Assembly: GCA_963795645.1 (NCBI GenBank)
Contig: CAWCIK010000006.1
Coordinates: 1,298,259-1,362,258, forward strand
DNA from: an uncultured Chloroflexia bacterium
Lineage (GTDB): Bacteria > Chloroflexota > Limnocylindria > Limnocylindrales > CSP1-4
Direction: 5' to 3'
DNA: 64,000 nt
Both the position numbers and the translations under genes were made by a program. Positions 20,007 to 29,330 of this stretch are shown here, piece by piece. A model generated the notes under the pieces. That model ran no database searches and was not told where the DNA came from. It saw only the letters and a program-made list of their open reading frames with translations. The stretch's first letter is position 1; every line of letters begins with the position of its first letter.

Positions 20007-22066
20007 GCCTCTCCGCCCGCTTCCTGCCCAACACGGATGTCATGCGCGACCTTCGGCACCGCATTCGCGGCGCCGCCTATCTGCGCAAGTGGGTCGTGCT
20101 CGGCGCCCTGATCGGTCTCATTGCCGGCGTGGGGGCCGCTGTCTTTTTCATCGCCCTTCAATGGGCGACCAATTTCTTCCTGGGCACGCTCGCCGGCTAC
20201 TACCCGCCGACCCCAGTCGGCGAGGGAAACAACCCGCTGACGATGCCCCTGCTGCCGCTGGCCGTGCCGTTTGTCGTCGCGCTGGGCGGGCTCATCTCGG
20301 GCATCATCGTGTTCCGCCTCGCACCGGAGGCCGAAGGCCACGGCACTGACGCCGCGATCGCCGCGTTCCATCACGGCGCCCGCCGGATCCGGGGGCGCAT
20401 CCCGATCGTCAAGCTCGTCGCTTCCTCGATAACCATCGGATCGGGCGGATCCGGCGGGCGCGAAGGCCCGACCGCTCAGATCGGCGCCGGCTTCGGCTCG
20501 TTCCTGGCACGGGCGCTCGATCTGGACGCGCGCGACGCGCGCATCGCCGTTGCGTCGGGCATGGCCGCCGGCATCGGCGCGATATTCCGCGCCCCGCTCG
20601 GCGGCGCGATCCTGGGCGCGGAGATCCCGTATCGCGAGGATGTCGAGTCGGACGCGCTGGTGCCCAGCTTCGTCGCGTCGGTGGTCGCCTTCTCCGTCTT
20701 CGGCGTGATCATCGGCTTTGCGCCGATCTTCGGCCAGATAGTCGCCACGTTCCAGGATCCCAGGCAGCTCGTCTACTACGCGCTCATCGGACTCATCTGC
20801 GGCCTGGTCGGGCGCATGTACGTCTCAGGCTTCTACGGTGCAACGCGGTTCTTCCAGGGCTGGAAGATCCCGCGCGAGGTAAAGCCGGCGATCGCCGGCT
20901 TCGTGGTCGGGCTGATAGGCATCGTCATTCCGGGTGCTCTGGGCACCGGCTACGGCTGGGTCCAGCCCGCGCTCGACCGCGGCTCGCTGCTGGCGCTGCC
21001 GCTGTGGATGGTCCTGATCCTGCCCTTCGCCAAGATCGTCGCCACGTCGCTGTCGATTGGCTCGGGCGGCTCGGGCGGCATCTTCGGCCCGGGCATGGTC
21101 GTCGGCGGCCTGCTCGGCGCGGGCGTCTGGCGCCTGCTCGAGCCGTTTGCGCCGGCGGTCCCGCTCGATCCTTCGCCGTTCGTGATCGTGGCCATGATGG
21201 CCCTCTTCGGCAGCGTCGCTCACGCGCCGCTGGCGGTGATGCTGATGGTCGCCGAGATGACCGGCAACCTGTCCATGCTTGCTCCGGCGATGATCGCGAT
21301 CGGAATAGCCACGGTCGTTGTCGGCAATTCGTCCATCTACCGCAGCCAGCTCAAGACACGCACCAATTCGCCGGCGCACCGCTTCCGCTACGCGATGCCG
21401 CTCATGTCCAGCCTCGCCGCGCGCGATGCGGCGCGAAGACCCAGGCTCGTGTTGCGAAGCGACACGGGCGCCCACGAAGCCCTCGATCAGATGCGCCGCG
21501 CGGACGTTCCCGGCGCGCCGGTTGTCGACGGCAACGGTGCAGTGCGCGGAGCCGTTGATGCAGCGGACCTCGAAGGGAGCGACAAGCTGCTGGGCGAGAT
21601 CGTGGGCAGCAAGCATCCGGTCATTGCCGGTGGGGACGGGCTGGATGACGCGCTGGCGACGCTGGCCGACGCGCACGTCTCATGGGCCCCGGTCGTAGAG
21701 GACGCTGAGCTCGTCGGCATCATCTCGGCGCGCGACGCGATCGCGGCCTATCGGCGCGCGCTCAATGACAACGTGCGCAAGGTGCGCGGCCTGTCGGCCG
21801 GCGGCGCACTGGTCGAGGGCCAGCTCGCCGAGCACTCGCCGCTGGCCGGACACGAGCTGCGTGAGGCCCAGCTGCCGACCGGCCTGGTGATCGTGGCCGT
21901 CGAGCGCGGAAATCAGCTCATCGTGCCCAGCGGCACGACGCGACTCGAGCAGGGCGACCGGGTGACGGTCTTCACGGTGCGCGGCGAGGAGGACGCTGCG
22001 CGCGAGGTGATCAGCGGTCCGGGAATGGAGCTTACCGATACCGAGGCTGTGCTCGGCGACGTCTAA
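20003..22066 (+). CDS. ClC-family voltage-gated chloride channel with C-terminal CBS pair and TrkA-C domain
   Basis: Selectivity-filter motifs GSGGSGGREGP and GSGGSGGIFGP; about 10 TM segments; then CBS domains and a TrkA-C-like end (LPTGLVIVAVERGNQLIVPSGTTRLEQGDRVTVF). Confidence 0.85.
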   Translation: MSLSARFLPNTDVMRDLRHRIRGAAYLRKWVVLGALIGLIAGVGAAVFFIALQWATNFFLGTLAGYYPPTPVGEGNNPLTMPLLPLAVPFVVALGGLISGIIVFRLAPEAEGHGTDAAIAAFHHGARRIRGRIPIVKLVASSITIGSGGSGGREGPTAQIGAGFGSFLARALDLDARDARIAVASGMAAGIGAIFRAPLGGAILGAEIPYREDVESDALVPSFVASVVAFSVFGVIIGFAPIFGQIVATFQDPRQLVYYALIGLICGLVGRMYVSGFYGATRFFQGWKIPREVKPAIAGFVVGLIGIVIPGALGTGYGWVQPALDRGSLLALPLWMVLILPFAKIVATSLSIGSGGSGGIFGPGMVVGGLLGAGVWRLLEPFAPAVPLDPSPFVIVAMMALFGSVAHAPLAVMLMVAEMTGNLSMLAPAMIAIGIATVVVGNSSIYRSQLKTRTNSPAHRFRYAMPLMSSLAARDAARRPRLVLRSDTGAHEALDQMRRADVPGAPVVDGNGAVRGAVDAADLEGSDKLLGEIVGSKHPVIAGGDGLDDALATLADAHVSWAPVVEDAELVGIISARDAIAAYRRALNDNVRKVRGLSAGGALVEGQLAEHSPLAGHELREAQLPTGLVIVAVERGNQLIVPSGTTRLEQGDRVTVFTVRGEEDAAREVISGPGMELTDTEAVLGDV

Positions 22067-23274
22067 GCCTGGTCGAGGGCGTGGGTGATGTCGGCGACGA
22101 GATCGGCCGGATCCTCGATGCCGACCGACAGCCTGACCAGCGCAGACGACACCTCGAGCGGCGAGTTGGCCACGGATCCATGGGTCATCACGGCGGGGAT
22201 CTCGACCAGTGACTCGACCCCGCCAAGTGACTCAGCGAGGGCAAAGATGTTCGTGCACTCGGCGAAGCGCGTGGCGCGCTCCTCCGCCGAGCGGCCGGCA
22301 CGCGCGGCCGGGATGAAGGACACCATCCCTGATGTGAAGCTCATCTGGCGAGCGGCGAGGTCGGCTTGTGGATGAGCGTGCCGGCCGCTGCGCAGGCCGG
22401 GGTAATTCACCACGTGGACGTCGTCACGAGCCGCGAGCGCCCGGGCCACGGCGAGCGCGTTGGCCGAGTGGCGCTCCATGCGCAGGGCGAGGGTGCGGAT
22501 GCCGCGCAGGACCAGGAAGCAGTCGAACGGGCCGGGGACCGCGCCGATGGCGTTCTGCAGAAACTTGAGTCGTTCGTAGAGATCGGCGCGGGAGGTGGCC
22601 AGCACGCCACTTACGGTGTCGGAGTGGCCGGCGAGGTACTTGGTCGCGGAGTGGTAGACGACGTCGGCCCCGAACGACAGCGGCTGCTGGCCGAGCGGTG
22701 AGGCGAACGTGTTGTCGACGACGAGGATCGGCTTCTCACCGCGCGCTCCGGTGAAGGTTGCGAGCCGGCCAGCGACGGCCGCGATGTCAATCACGCGCAG
22801 GTGCGGATTGGTTGGCGTCTCAAGCCAGACGATGCGCGTGGCTGGGTCGAGCACCTCGTCGAGCGCCGCGGACTCGTTGCCGGCCAGCGCGACGTAGCTC
22901 GTCGTCACGCCCATGTCATGGAGGACGCGCTCGAACAATCGGAACGTGCCGCCGTAGACGTCGTTGACGCACACGATCTTCTCGCCGGGCAGGGCCAGCG
23001 CGGCGATCGCCTGCGTCGTCGCCGATCCGGACGCGAAGGCCAGCCCGTGCGCGCCGCCCTCGAGCTCAGCGATCGCCGCCTCGAGCCGCGCTCGCGTGGG
23101 ATTGCCGGTCCGGGCGTACTCGTAGCCGCCGCGTGGGCTGCCCACGCCGTCCTGCGCGAACGTTGCCGTCTGGTAGATGGGCGGCGAAACGGCGCCGGTT
23201 GCCTCATCGGGTTCGGCGCCGGCGTGCACCGCCAGCGTGGCTGGTCGCCAGCTCGGGTCGGACTTATCGCTCAT
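22063..23274 (-). CDS. metB: Cys/Met-metabolism PLP enzyme, cystathionine gamma-synthase/gamma-lyase family
   Basis: 403 aa from MSDKSDPSW; the ORF's N-terminal about 180 codons are spurious. Motifs YARTGNPT and SATKYLAGHSDTVSG (PLP lysine). The symbol is family-level only. Confidence 0.82.
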   Translation of the reverse strand: MSDKSDPSWRPATLAVHAGAEPDEATGAVSPPIYQTATFAQDGVGSPRGGYEYARTGNPTRARLEAAIAELEGGAHGLAFASGSATTQAIAALALPGEKIVCVNDVYGGTFRLFERVLHDMGVTTSYVALAGNESAALDEVLDPATRIVWLETPTNPHLRVIDIAAVAGRLATFTGARGEKPILVVDNTFASPLGQQPLSFGADVVYHSATKYLAGHSDTVSGVLATSRADLYERLKFLQNAIGAVPGPFDCFLVLRGIRTLALRMERHSANALAVARALAARDDVHVVNYPGLRSGRHAHPQADLAARQMSFTSGMVSFIPAARAGRSAEERATRFAECTNIFALAESLGGVESLVEIPAVMTHGSVANSPLEVSSALVRLSVGIEDPADLVADITHALDQA

Positions 23275-23501
23275 GTGGAGCGCAGGATACCCGCGCTCCA
23301 CACGCATGACGCATAACTGGTCCGCCGGGGCCCTGGCGCAGGCGAGTTCAGGCGCGCTCCGCCGACTACCAACACGCCGTGCGGTTTGAAAGAAGGAGGG
23401 ACGGCCCAATTCGACGGGTCTGCCGGTGAAGGGCGGACAGGTCATACCTTTCGCGCATGGCCTTCGTTCCGCGAGTGGCCTGGGGCGCCACGGAGGCGAG
23501 T

Positions 23502-24440
23502 TCAGCCCTCGGTGAGGACCCGGTCGACCGCCCTGGAGTACTGCTCGTCGGTCAGCGCGCCCTGATCGTGCATCTGGCGCAGCTGCTCGATCCGATCGGC
23601 CACAGAGCGCACGGACGGCACCGGCTGGCTCGGCAAGGGCGGCGGCGGCGGCGGAGTTTGCTCCTTGCGGCCGGGCTTGTCCTTGGCGCCTTTCTCGAGG
23701 CGGAGCGCGTTGCGCTCCATGTTCTCCTCGATCTCGCGTAGCACGCGCTGCTCGATCAGCGGCCCCGGGTCGAAGTCGTCGCCCTCGCGGATCGCCTGGC
23801 GCGCGATACCCAGCCACGACTTGATGTTCATTGGATCGGCGACCACCGCCTTGATGTTGTCTGGTGGCTGTGGGCCGGGCGCGAGTGCGGTATTGGGCTG
23901 TTGGTCGGGCGTCACTTCGCTGTACACCAGCTCGTACAGCGGTTCGGGCCGATCGATGTCCTTGAGTGTGCGCTCGCCCAGCTCGCGCACGCCGACGCCC
24001 TCGGGCAGGTCATCGCCGACGATCGCGCGCGTCGCCTCGGAAAGCAGGATCTGGCCACCCTCGCCGTCCGCGGCAATTCGTGCGGCGCGGACCACGTCGA
24101 GGCCCGTGTAGCCCTCTTCACCGACGACCGGCTCGCCAGTGTGCAGGCCGAGCCGGACGCGCACCTTCAAGCCCCGCGGCCATTCCTGGGTCTCGTGGCG
24201 GCGCTGCACCTCGACGCACGCGGCGACGGCCGCCCGCGCGCGGCTGAACGAGTAGAAGAACGCGTCGCCCTGAGTGTCGATCTCGCTGCCGCCGTGCATG
24301 GCGAACGTCTCGCGCACGATCTGACGATGGAGCGCCAGCATCTCGGCATAGCCGGCATCGCCGAGCGTCTTGAGCAGGCGCGTGCTCCCCTCGAGATCGC
24401 TGAAGACGAACGTGACGGTACCGCTCGGAAGGTCGGGCAT
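23502..24440 (-). CDS. Class III adenylate cyclase domain protein with C-terminal SHOCT domain
   Basis: N-terminal cyclase domain (TVTFVFSDLEGSTRL ... GLHTGEPV); poly-Pro linker; C-terminal IEQLRQMHDQGALTDEQYSRAVDRVL typical of SHOCT. Confidence 0.8.
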   Translation of the reverse strand: MPDLPSGTVTFVFSDLEGSTRLLKTLGDAGYAEMLALHRQIVRETFAMHGGSEIDTQGDAFFYSFSRARAAVAACVEVQRRHETQEWPRGLKVRVRLGLHTGEPVVGEEGYTGLDVVRAARIAADGEGGQILLSEATRAIVGDDLPEGVGVRELGERTLKDIDRPEPLYELVYSEVTPDQQPNTALAPGPQPPDNIKAVVADPMNIKSWLGIARQAIREGDDFDPGPLIEQRVLREIEENMERNALRLEKGAKDKPGRKEQTPPPPPPLPSQPVPSVRSVADRIEQLRQMHDQGALTDEQYSRAVDRVLTEG

Positions 24441-24490
24441 CGCCGTCAGAGGATAGCCATGCGCCGACTTGCGAGCCGCCTTTCGCTAAG

Positions 24491-26173
24491 TCACGTCCTC
24501 ACATCGCGTCGCTTGAAGCCCCACGTCCCGAGCGCGAAACCGACGACGGCAACGACGGCGCATGCCGCCATTCCGCCCCAGTCCCAGACGCCGACCATGG
24601 GCTGGCCGATGTGGTTCGTGAGCGCCAGCTGCTGGAGGAAATCAGGCAGCTTCAGCACCGGTCCCAGGAGCTGCAGGATCCACGTCGCCAGGACTACGAC
24701 GACCGTGACCGGCGCCGCAAGCCGGCCCGCGATCAGGCCGCCGACGGCCATGCCGATGCCGATCAGCGCCGCGCCGTAGACGAACAACACGAGCGTGCCG
24801 ACGAGAGGCGTGAGCACGTCACCAGCCTGCGCAAGGCCGCCGCCGATGCCGATGCCGATGGCGGTGATCAGCACCACGACGGCCATATCGACCAGGATGC
24901 CGAGGCCGCCGCTGGCGGCCCAGCGGACGCGCGACAGGGGCGCCGCGAGGAGCAGCTCGAGCCGGCCTGAGCTCTCGTCGGACGCCCAACCTGCGACGAG
25001 CGTCGCTGCCGCGAGTCCGACGAAGACGATGCCCAGCTCGAGGAACAGCAGCTGGAGGAAGCCGCCGACGGTGGCGAAGTTGACGCTTGGAAAGACGGTG
25101 CTGAGCAGGTTCATGAAGTCGGCCGAGTTGCGCAGCTGATCGACAAAACTGCCCGAGGCGCTGGCGAACAACAGGCCGAAGAGGCCGATGCCGACACCCC
25201 ACGCAATAGAGGCATTGAGGTTGTGGCCGACCGCGCGCGTAAACGGCCCGCGCAGTCCGACCAGCACTCGCGGGCTCGTGGGCGTTGGCACAGCGCTGGT
25301 GACGCCGATGTCTCGACGCGTGAAGGCGACGATGCCGATGGCCAGCACGACGACGTCGAAGACGGCCAGGAACGCCACGGACGGCCAATCGAATTGACCC
25401 GCCAGCGGTACGTGGTTGTACGTCCAGCCGAACCAGGTCAGCTTGGCAAGAGGAGCCAGCTCGGGCACGGGCGCTGAGTAGCCGCTGACGATGAACCCGG
25501 CAAGCGTGACGAAGCCGGCAATGCCCGCGGCGGCGCCACGACCAACGAACGGGCCCAGGGCGAAGGCGACCGCCCCGGCCGCGAGGGCCATGAGCACCAT
25601 CCACAGGCCGTAGCCGACGGCCTGGGTGAGGCTGATCTCGTCGCCCGGCAGGACCGCAAACGCGGATCCGGCAATCGCGATCGAGATGACTGTGACGATG
25701 CCGACGATCATGAGTCCGGTCAGGTGTCCGGACAGCTTCTCGAGAGCGATCCGTCGGCGCGACATGCCCGTCGCTCCTATGAACTCCAGGCTGCCCCGGC
25801 TCGCCTCGGCGGCGAGCGTCCCGGACAGGGCCAGGACCGACCACAGGCTGAGCAGCAACGGGAAGAAGAGCCCGTACTTGTATTGCAGGTAGCCGCCCAA
25901 CGTGGTCGCGTTGACGATCGGGCCGGCAATGCCCTGCAGGATGGGCGGCACGGAATTGATCAGGGCCTCGAGCTCGAGGCGTGACTCGGGCGTGCTGAAC
26001 TGCTGCGCGACGGCGCCTGTCACGCCGATGAAGACGAGGCCGATCAGGGCCGCGGCGAGGATCACCGCGCGACGCGAATCGCGCATCGTCTTGCCGTAGA
26101 CGCTGCCCAGGCCCCACATGCGGGCGCTCAGCGACGGCCGCGTGATTTGCGCGGCGCTGGCTGCGGCGGTCAT
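24491..26173 (-). CDS. ABC-2 type exporter permease (duplicated 6-TM module)
   Basis: About 12 predicted TM segments in two similar halves. Start ATG overlaps the ATPase stop as ATGA; the ORF's N-terminal 109 codons are spurious. Confidence 0.75.
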   Translation of the reverse strand: MTAAASAAQITRPSLSARMWGLGSVYGKTMRDSRRAVILAAALIGLVFIGVTGAVAQQFSTPESRLELEALINSVPPILQGIAGPIVNATTLGGYLQYKYGLFFPLLLSLWSVLALSGTLAAEASRGSLEFIGATGMSRRRIALEKLSGHLTGLMIVGIVTVISIAIAGSAFAVLPGDEISLTQAVGYGLWMVLMALAAGAVAFALGPFVGRGAAAGIAGFVTLAGFIVSGYSAPVPELAPLAKLTWFGWTYNHVPLAGQFDWPSVAFLAVFDVVVLAIGIVAFTRRDIGVTSAVPTPTSPRVLVGLRGPFTRAVGHNLNASIAWGVGIGLFGLLFASASGSFVDQLRNSADFMNLLSTVFPSVNFATVGGFLQLLFLELGIVFVGLAAATLVAGWASDESSGRLELLLAAPLSRVRWAASGGLGILVDMAVVVLITAIGIGIGGGLAQAGDVLTPLVGTLVLFVYGAALIGIGMAVGGLIAGRLAAPVTVVVVLATWILQLLGPVLKLPDFLQQLALTNHIGQPMVGVWDWGGMAACAVVAVVGFALGTWGFKRRDVRT

Positions 26174-27087
26174 TTCGCGGCAGCCTCGATCGGTTCGACC
26201 GCCGTCTTGCCGTACTCTGCCAGGAACGTCTCCTCGAGCGAGGGCTCGCGGCTCACGAAGTCGGCCAGGTCGTACCGGGCCGCGGTGCGCACGACGTCGG
26301 TGATGTTGCCCGACACGCGCATGCGCAGGACGTGATCCTCCGACGTCACTTCGCTGACGCCCGGCAGTGACTCGAACTCGGCCGCCGGCACGGGCCCGCT
26401 GAAGACCAGCTCCACATGGTGATGAGCAAGGTCGCGCAAGGCCTCGGTCCGGTCTACGCGGGCCAGCTCTCCGCCACGGATGATCGCCACGCGATCGCAC
26501 GTCTTCTCGACCTCGGACAGGATGTGCGAGCTCAGGAATACAGTCCGACCCTCCTCCTTGGCCTCGCGGATGACGGCATAGAACTCCTGCTGGATGAGCG
26601 GGTCCAGACCCGAGGTGGGCTCATCGAGAAGGAGCAGGTCGGGCCTGTGCTGGAGGGCGATGATCAGGCCGATCTTCTGCTTGTTGCCCTTCGAGTACTC
26701 GCGGAACTTGCGCGTCGTGTCCACTTCGAGGCGCTCGATCAGTCGCTTCTGATAAGTGCGATCGATGCCGCCGCGCAGGTTGGCGAAGTAGTCGAGCGTC
26801 TGGCCGCCGCTGAGCTTGTCGTACAGCGCAAACTCGCCGGGCAGGTAACCGAGGCGGCGATGTATCGCGACCGGATCCTGGGTCGTTTCGATATCGAAGA
26901 CCGTGGCCCTGCCGCTGGTGGGTCGGATGTGGTCGAGCAGCGTCCGGATCATGGTCGTCTTGCCCGCGCCGTTGGGCCCCAGGAATCCGAAGGACTCGCC
27001 TTCCTGGACCTCGAGATCGACGTCGATGATGCCCCGGTACTTGCCGTAGTACTTGGTCAGCTTCTCGGTCTTGATGACAGCGGCCAT
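26170..27087 (-). CDS. ABC transporter ATP-binding protein
   Basis: Walker A GPNGAGKTT, signature LSGGQ, Walker B LLLLDEPTSGLD, H-loop. Confidence 0.9.
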   Translation of the reverse strand: MAAVIKTEKLTKYYGKYRGIIDVDLEVQEGESFGFLGPNGAGKTTMIRTLLDHIRPTSGRATVFDIETTQDPVAIHRRLGYLPGEFALYDKLSGGQTLDYFANLRGGIDRTYQKRLIERLEVDTTRKFREYSKGNKQKIGLIIALQHRPDLLLLDEPTSGLDPLIQQEFYAVIREAKEEGRTVFLSSHILSEVEKTCDRVAIIRGGELARVDRTEALRDLAHHHVELVFSGPVPAAEFESLPGVSEVTSEDHVLRMRVSGNITDVVRTAARYDLADFVSREPSLEETFLAEYGKTAVEPIEAAAK

Positions 27088-27869
27088 CAGTTCTCCTCAC
27101 GTGGGTTGGGGGACAGGTCCGGGTCGCCGAACCAAAGTTGAAGCAACTCGTCGTCGATGAGCGCCAGCTCGCCGGGCGACGTGCCCAGCACGCGCTCCAG
27201 AGCCATTTGATAGGTGTCGAACCGACGCCGCACCGTCTGGAAGTCGATCTCGCCGGCCTGACGCGCGACGTACATCTCGCCGGCGTCGTCTCCGGTGACG
27301 AGCATCAGGGCGAGCACGACGCGTGCCATCTGCTCGGGGTCGGCGAGCGCAAACGAGCCTTCGCGGACGCCCTGGCGGATGATCGCGGCGATGTGCGGCG
27401 TGACCCGGTGGATCTGCTCGTGGCGCAGCCTCTCGCGCACGACCGCGTTGTCGTCCGAAAACCACACCTTCATCAGCTCGAACAAGAACTCGCGCTGTTC
27501 CGATTTGTACGTCGCAATCGTGGCGAAGTAGCCGCGGAACTTCTCGATTGCGCTCAGCCTCTCGTCGTCGACGACGGTCGCGACGAGAACGAGGGCGCTG
27601 TCCACGAAGCGATCGACGATCGCCGACAGGAGTGCCTGCTTGGACTCGAAGTAGTGGTAGAAGGCGCCCTTCGATGCGCCGACCTCGCCGAGCAGATCCT
27701 CGATGCTGAACTGCTCGTAGCCGCGCACCTGAATGAGCCTCTGTCCCGCCTCGATGAACTCCTCGCGCCGGGCGGCGTGCTTGCGTGGGTTGACTGCTCT
27801 TGGGGCCGTGTCTTTCCTCTCATTTCGGGGTCGTGGATCGATTAACAAACCGACCGTCGGTCTGATCAT
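27087..27869 (-). CDS. TetR/AcrR family transcriptional regulator
   Basis: HTH (FSIEDLLGEVGASKGAFYHYFESKQALL) and a C-terminal ligand domain. Start at an ATG (MIRPTV) overlapping a palindromic operator; its stop overlaps the ABC ATPase start. Confidence 0.8.
   Translation of the reverse strand: MIRPTVGLLIDPRPRNERKDTAPRAVNPRKHAARREEFIEAGQRLIQVRGYEQFSIEDLLGEVGASKGAFYHYFESKQALLSAIVDRFVDSALVLVATVVDDERLSAIEKFRGYFATIATYKSEQREFLFELMKVWFSDDNAVVRERLRHEQIHRVTPHIAAIIRQGVREGSFALADPEQMARVVLALMLVTGDDAGEMYVARQAGEIDFQTVRRRFDTYQMALERVLGTSPGELALIDDELLQLWFGDPDLSPNPREEN
27849..27861. promoter_or_regulatory. Candidate TetR operator: perfect palindrome ACCGAC-C-GTCGGT overlapping the tetR start codon
   Basis: 13-bp perfect inverted repeat ending 6 nt 5' of the TetR ATG; consistent with autoregulation of the tetR-ABC operon. 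Confidence 0.4.
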
Positions 27870-28292
27870 AAGATGGCGCGTCAAGGGGCGGCGCGCGTCT
27901 GCTTCGACGCAGCGCTGCGGCACCGTGTCGTGCGTCGCGCTCGAGCGTCGCGCGTCGCGCTCGGCCGCCGCGCTCGTCATCGAGGCGCGCTGTCACTGAT
28001 TCGCTGGGCGACCCCTTCTAACGTCGGTGTCAGCGGAGTTACCGGAGAGGCCGGGCTCGCGTTCGGCCCCGTCAGGTGCGCGAGTCGGCCTAATGCCGGT
28101 CCCACCGGTAATTGGAGGCGGATTCGGCGTGAAGCCGGGCGGTCCGGTGGCTCTCAGCTAGGCCGCGTGCTCGCGAGCGTCGGTGTGAGCGGAGTTAGCG
28201 CAACTCGACGACGTGCAGCGGGGTTCGCCACGCCCATGACCGCACCTGCTGGACCGCAACTGCCGGCGGGCGACCGGCTGGCGGCCTGATCC

Positions 28293-29168
28293 TCAGTCGT
28301 CGCTTGTCGTGCTGGCGGCAGTGATCGGTGCCGTCTTCGCCAGGTGCGGGGTCGCCTCGCGTCGCCGAGCGGGCACCGGCCACATGACGAGGACCAGCAT
28401 CGGGACCAGGTAGAGCAGCCAGCCGACCAGCTCGACGGCCGTCGGCTCGGGCTGGATGCCGAGCACGCCCGTCACGAGCACCGACAGGATCGAGCCCGGC
28501 GGAATCAGCCAGTTGAGGTCCGCGAGCTGCATCTGTCCGAAGTTGATCCAGCCGGCCTCGTGGGCCGTGTTGATGCCTGAGGCCACGAGTCCCGCCGCGA
28601 CGAACACGAGCACTATCCCGGTGATCCGGAAGAAGCGGCCGAGGTTGATGCGTACGCCGCCGTGGAAGATGCCCCAGCCGATGGCCGCCGCCGCGCCGAG
28701 CCCGATCACGGCTCCCAGGCCTCCGGCCACGGGACTGCCGCTCGCGTTGAAGGCGGCAAGCAGGAACACGGACGTCTCGAAGCCTTCACGCAGGACGGCG
28801 AGCACGGCCATTCCGATCAGCGCCCATGCCGTGCCGGTCGCCAGCGCGGAGCCGGCGGCAACCTCCAGGTCCTGCTTCAGGTGGCGCGAGTTGCGCCGCA
28901 TCCACACGATCATGTACGTGACCATCACCACGGCCACGGCCGAGATGATCGTCTCGAGCTCCTCCTGCTGTTGCTCCGGCAGGGAAGACGAGAAGAGCTG
29001 CAGGGCCACCGCGAAGATGAGGCACGCGCTGACGGCGATGGCGATGCCGAGCCATACCAGGCGCAGCGCATCCGACCTGCCGCGCTGGGCAAGGAAAGCG
29101 GCGACGATACCCACGATCAAGGCTGCTTCCAGCCCCTCGCGCAGGCCGATCACGAACGTAGGGAGCAA
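28293..29168 (-). CDS. FTR1/EfeU family high-affinity iron permease
   Basis: Two REXXE motifs (REGLEAAL and REGFETSVF) in TM helices 1 and 4; 7 TM segments. Confidence 0.8.
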   Translation of the reverse strand: MLPTFVIGLREGLEAALIVGIVAAFLAQRGRSDALRLVWLGIAIAVSACLIFAVALQLFSSSLPEQQQEELETIISAVAVVMVTYMIVWMRRNSRHLKQDLEVAAGSALATGTAWALIGMAVLAVLREGFETSVFLLAAFNASGSPVAGGLGAVIGLGAAAAIGWGIFHGGVRINLGRFFRITGIVLVFVAAGLVASGINTAHEAGWINFGQMQLADLNWLIPPGSILSVLVTGVLGIQPEPTAVELVGWLLYLVPMLVLVMWPVPARRREATPHLAKTAPITAASTTSDD

Positions 29169-29245
29169 TCTCGCCTCAGCTCAATTCCGATGCACAGGAT
29201 CGGGATGGCAGATTACCCTCGCCCGCCGACGATCGTCAAGCAAGC

Positions 29246-29282
29246 CTGCTAACGCACGGTAGGTCAGCCTGTGCATTAGCAG
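29246..29282. promoter_or_regulatory. Inverted repeat CTGCTAACGCAC-N13-GTGCATTAGCAG with a DtxR/IdeR-box-like core (TAGGTCAGCCT) in the FTR1 promoter region
   Basis: 12-bp arms with one mismatch flank a 13-nt centre resembling TAGGTTAGCCTAA. Lies between the dtxR stop and the FTR1 start. Confidence 0.3.
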
Positions 29283-29330
29283 CAGGAGCGTTAACAATCA
29301 GGCTTCCGGCCGGTTGCCACCGGCGCGGGC

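Noticed and set aside
23380-23410. Plus-strand sequence GGAGGGACGGCCC resembling the SAM-I riboswitch core, next to the metB leader
   Set aside because: It lies on the strand opposite to metB and antisense to the cyclase gene. On the relevant minus-strand mRNA it reads GGGCCGUCCCUCC, and the rest of the S-box consensus (P1, P3, P4) is not found.
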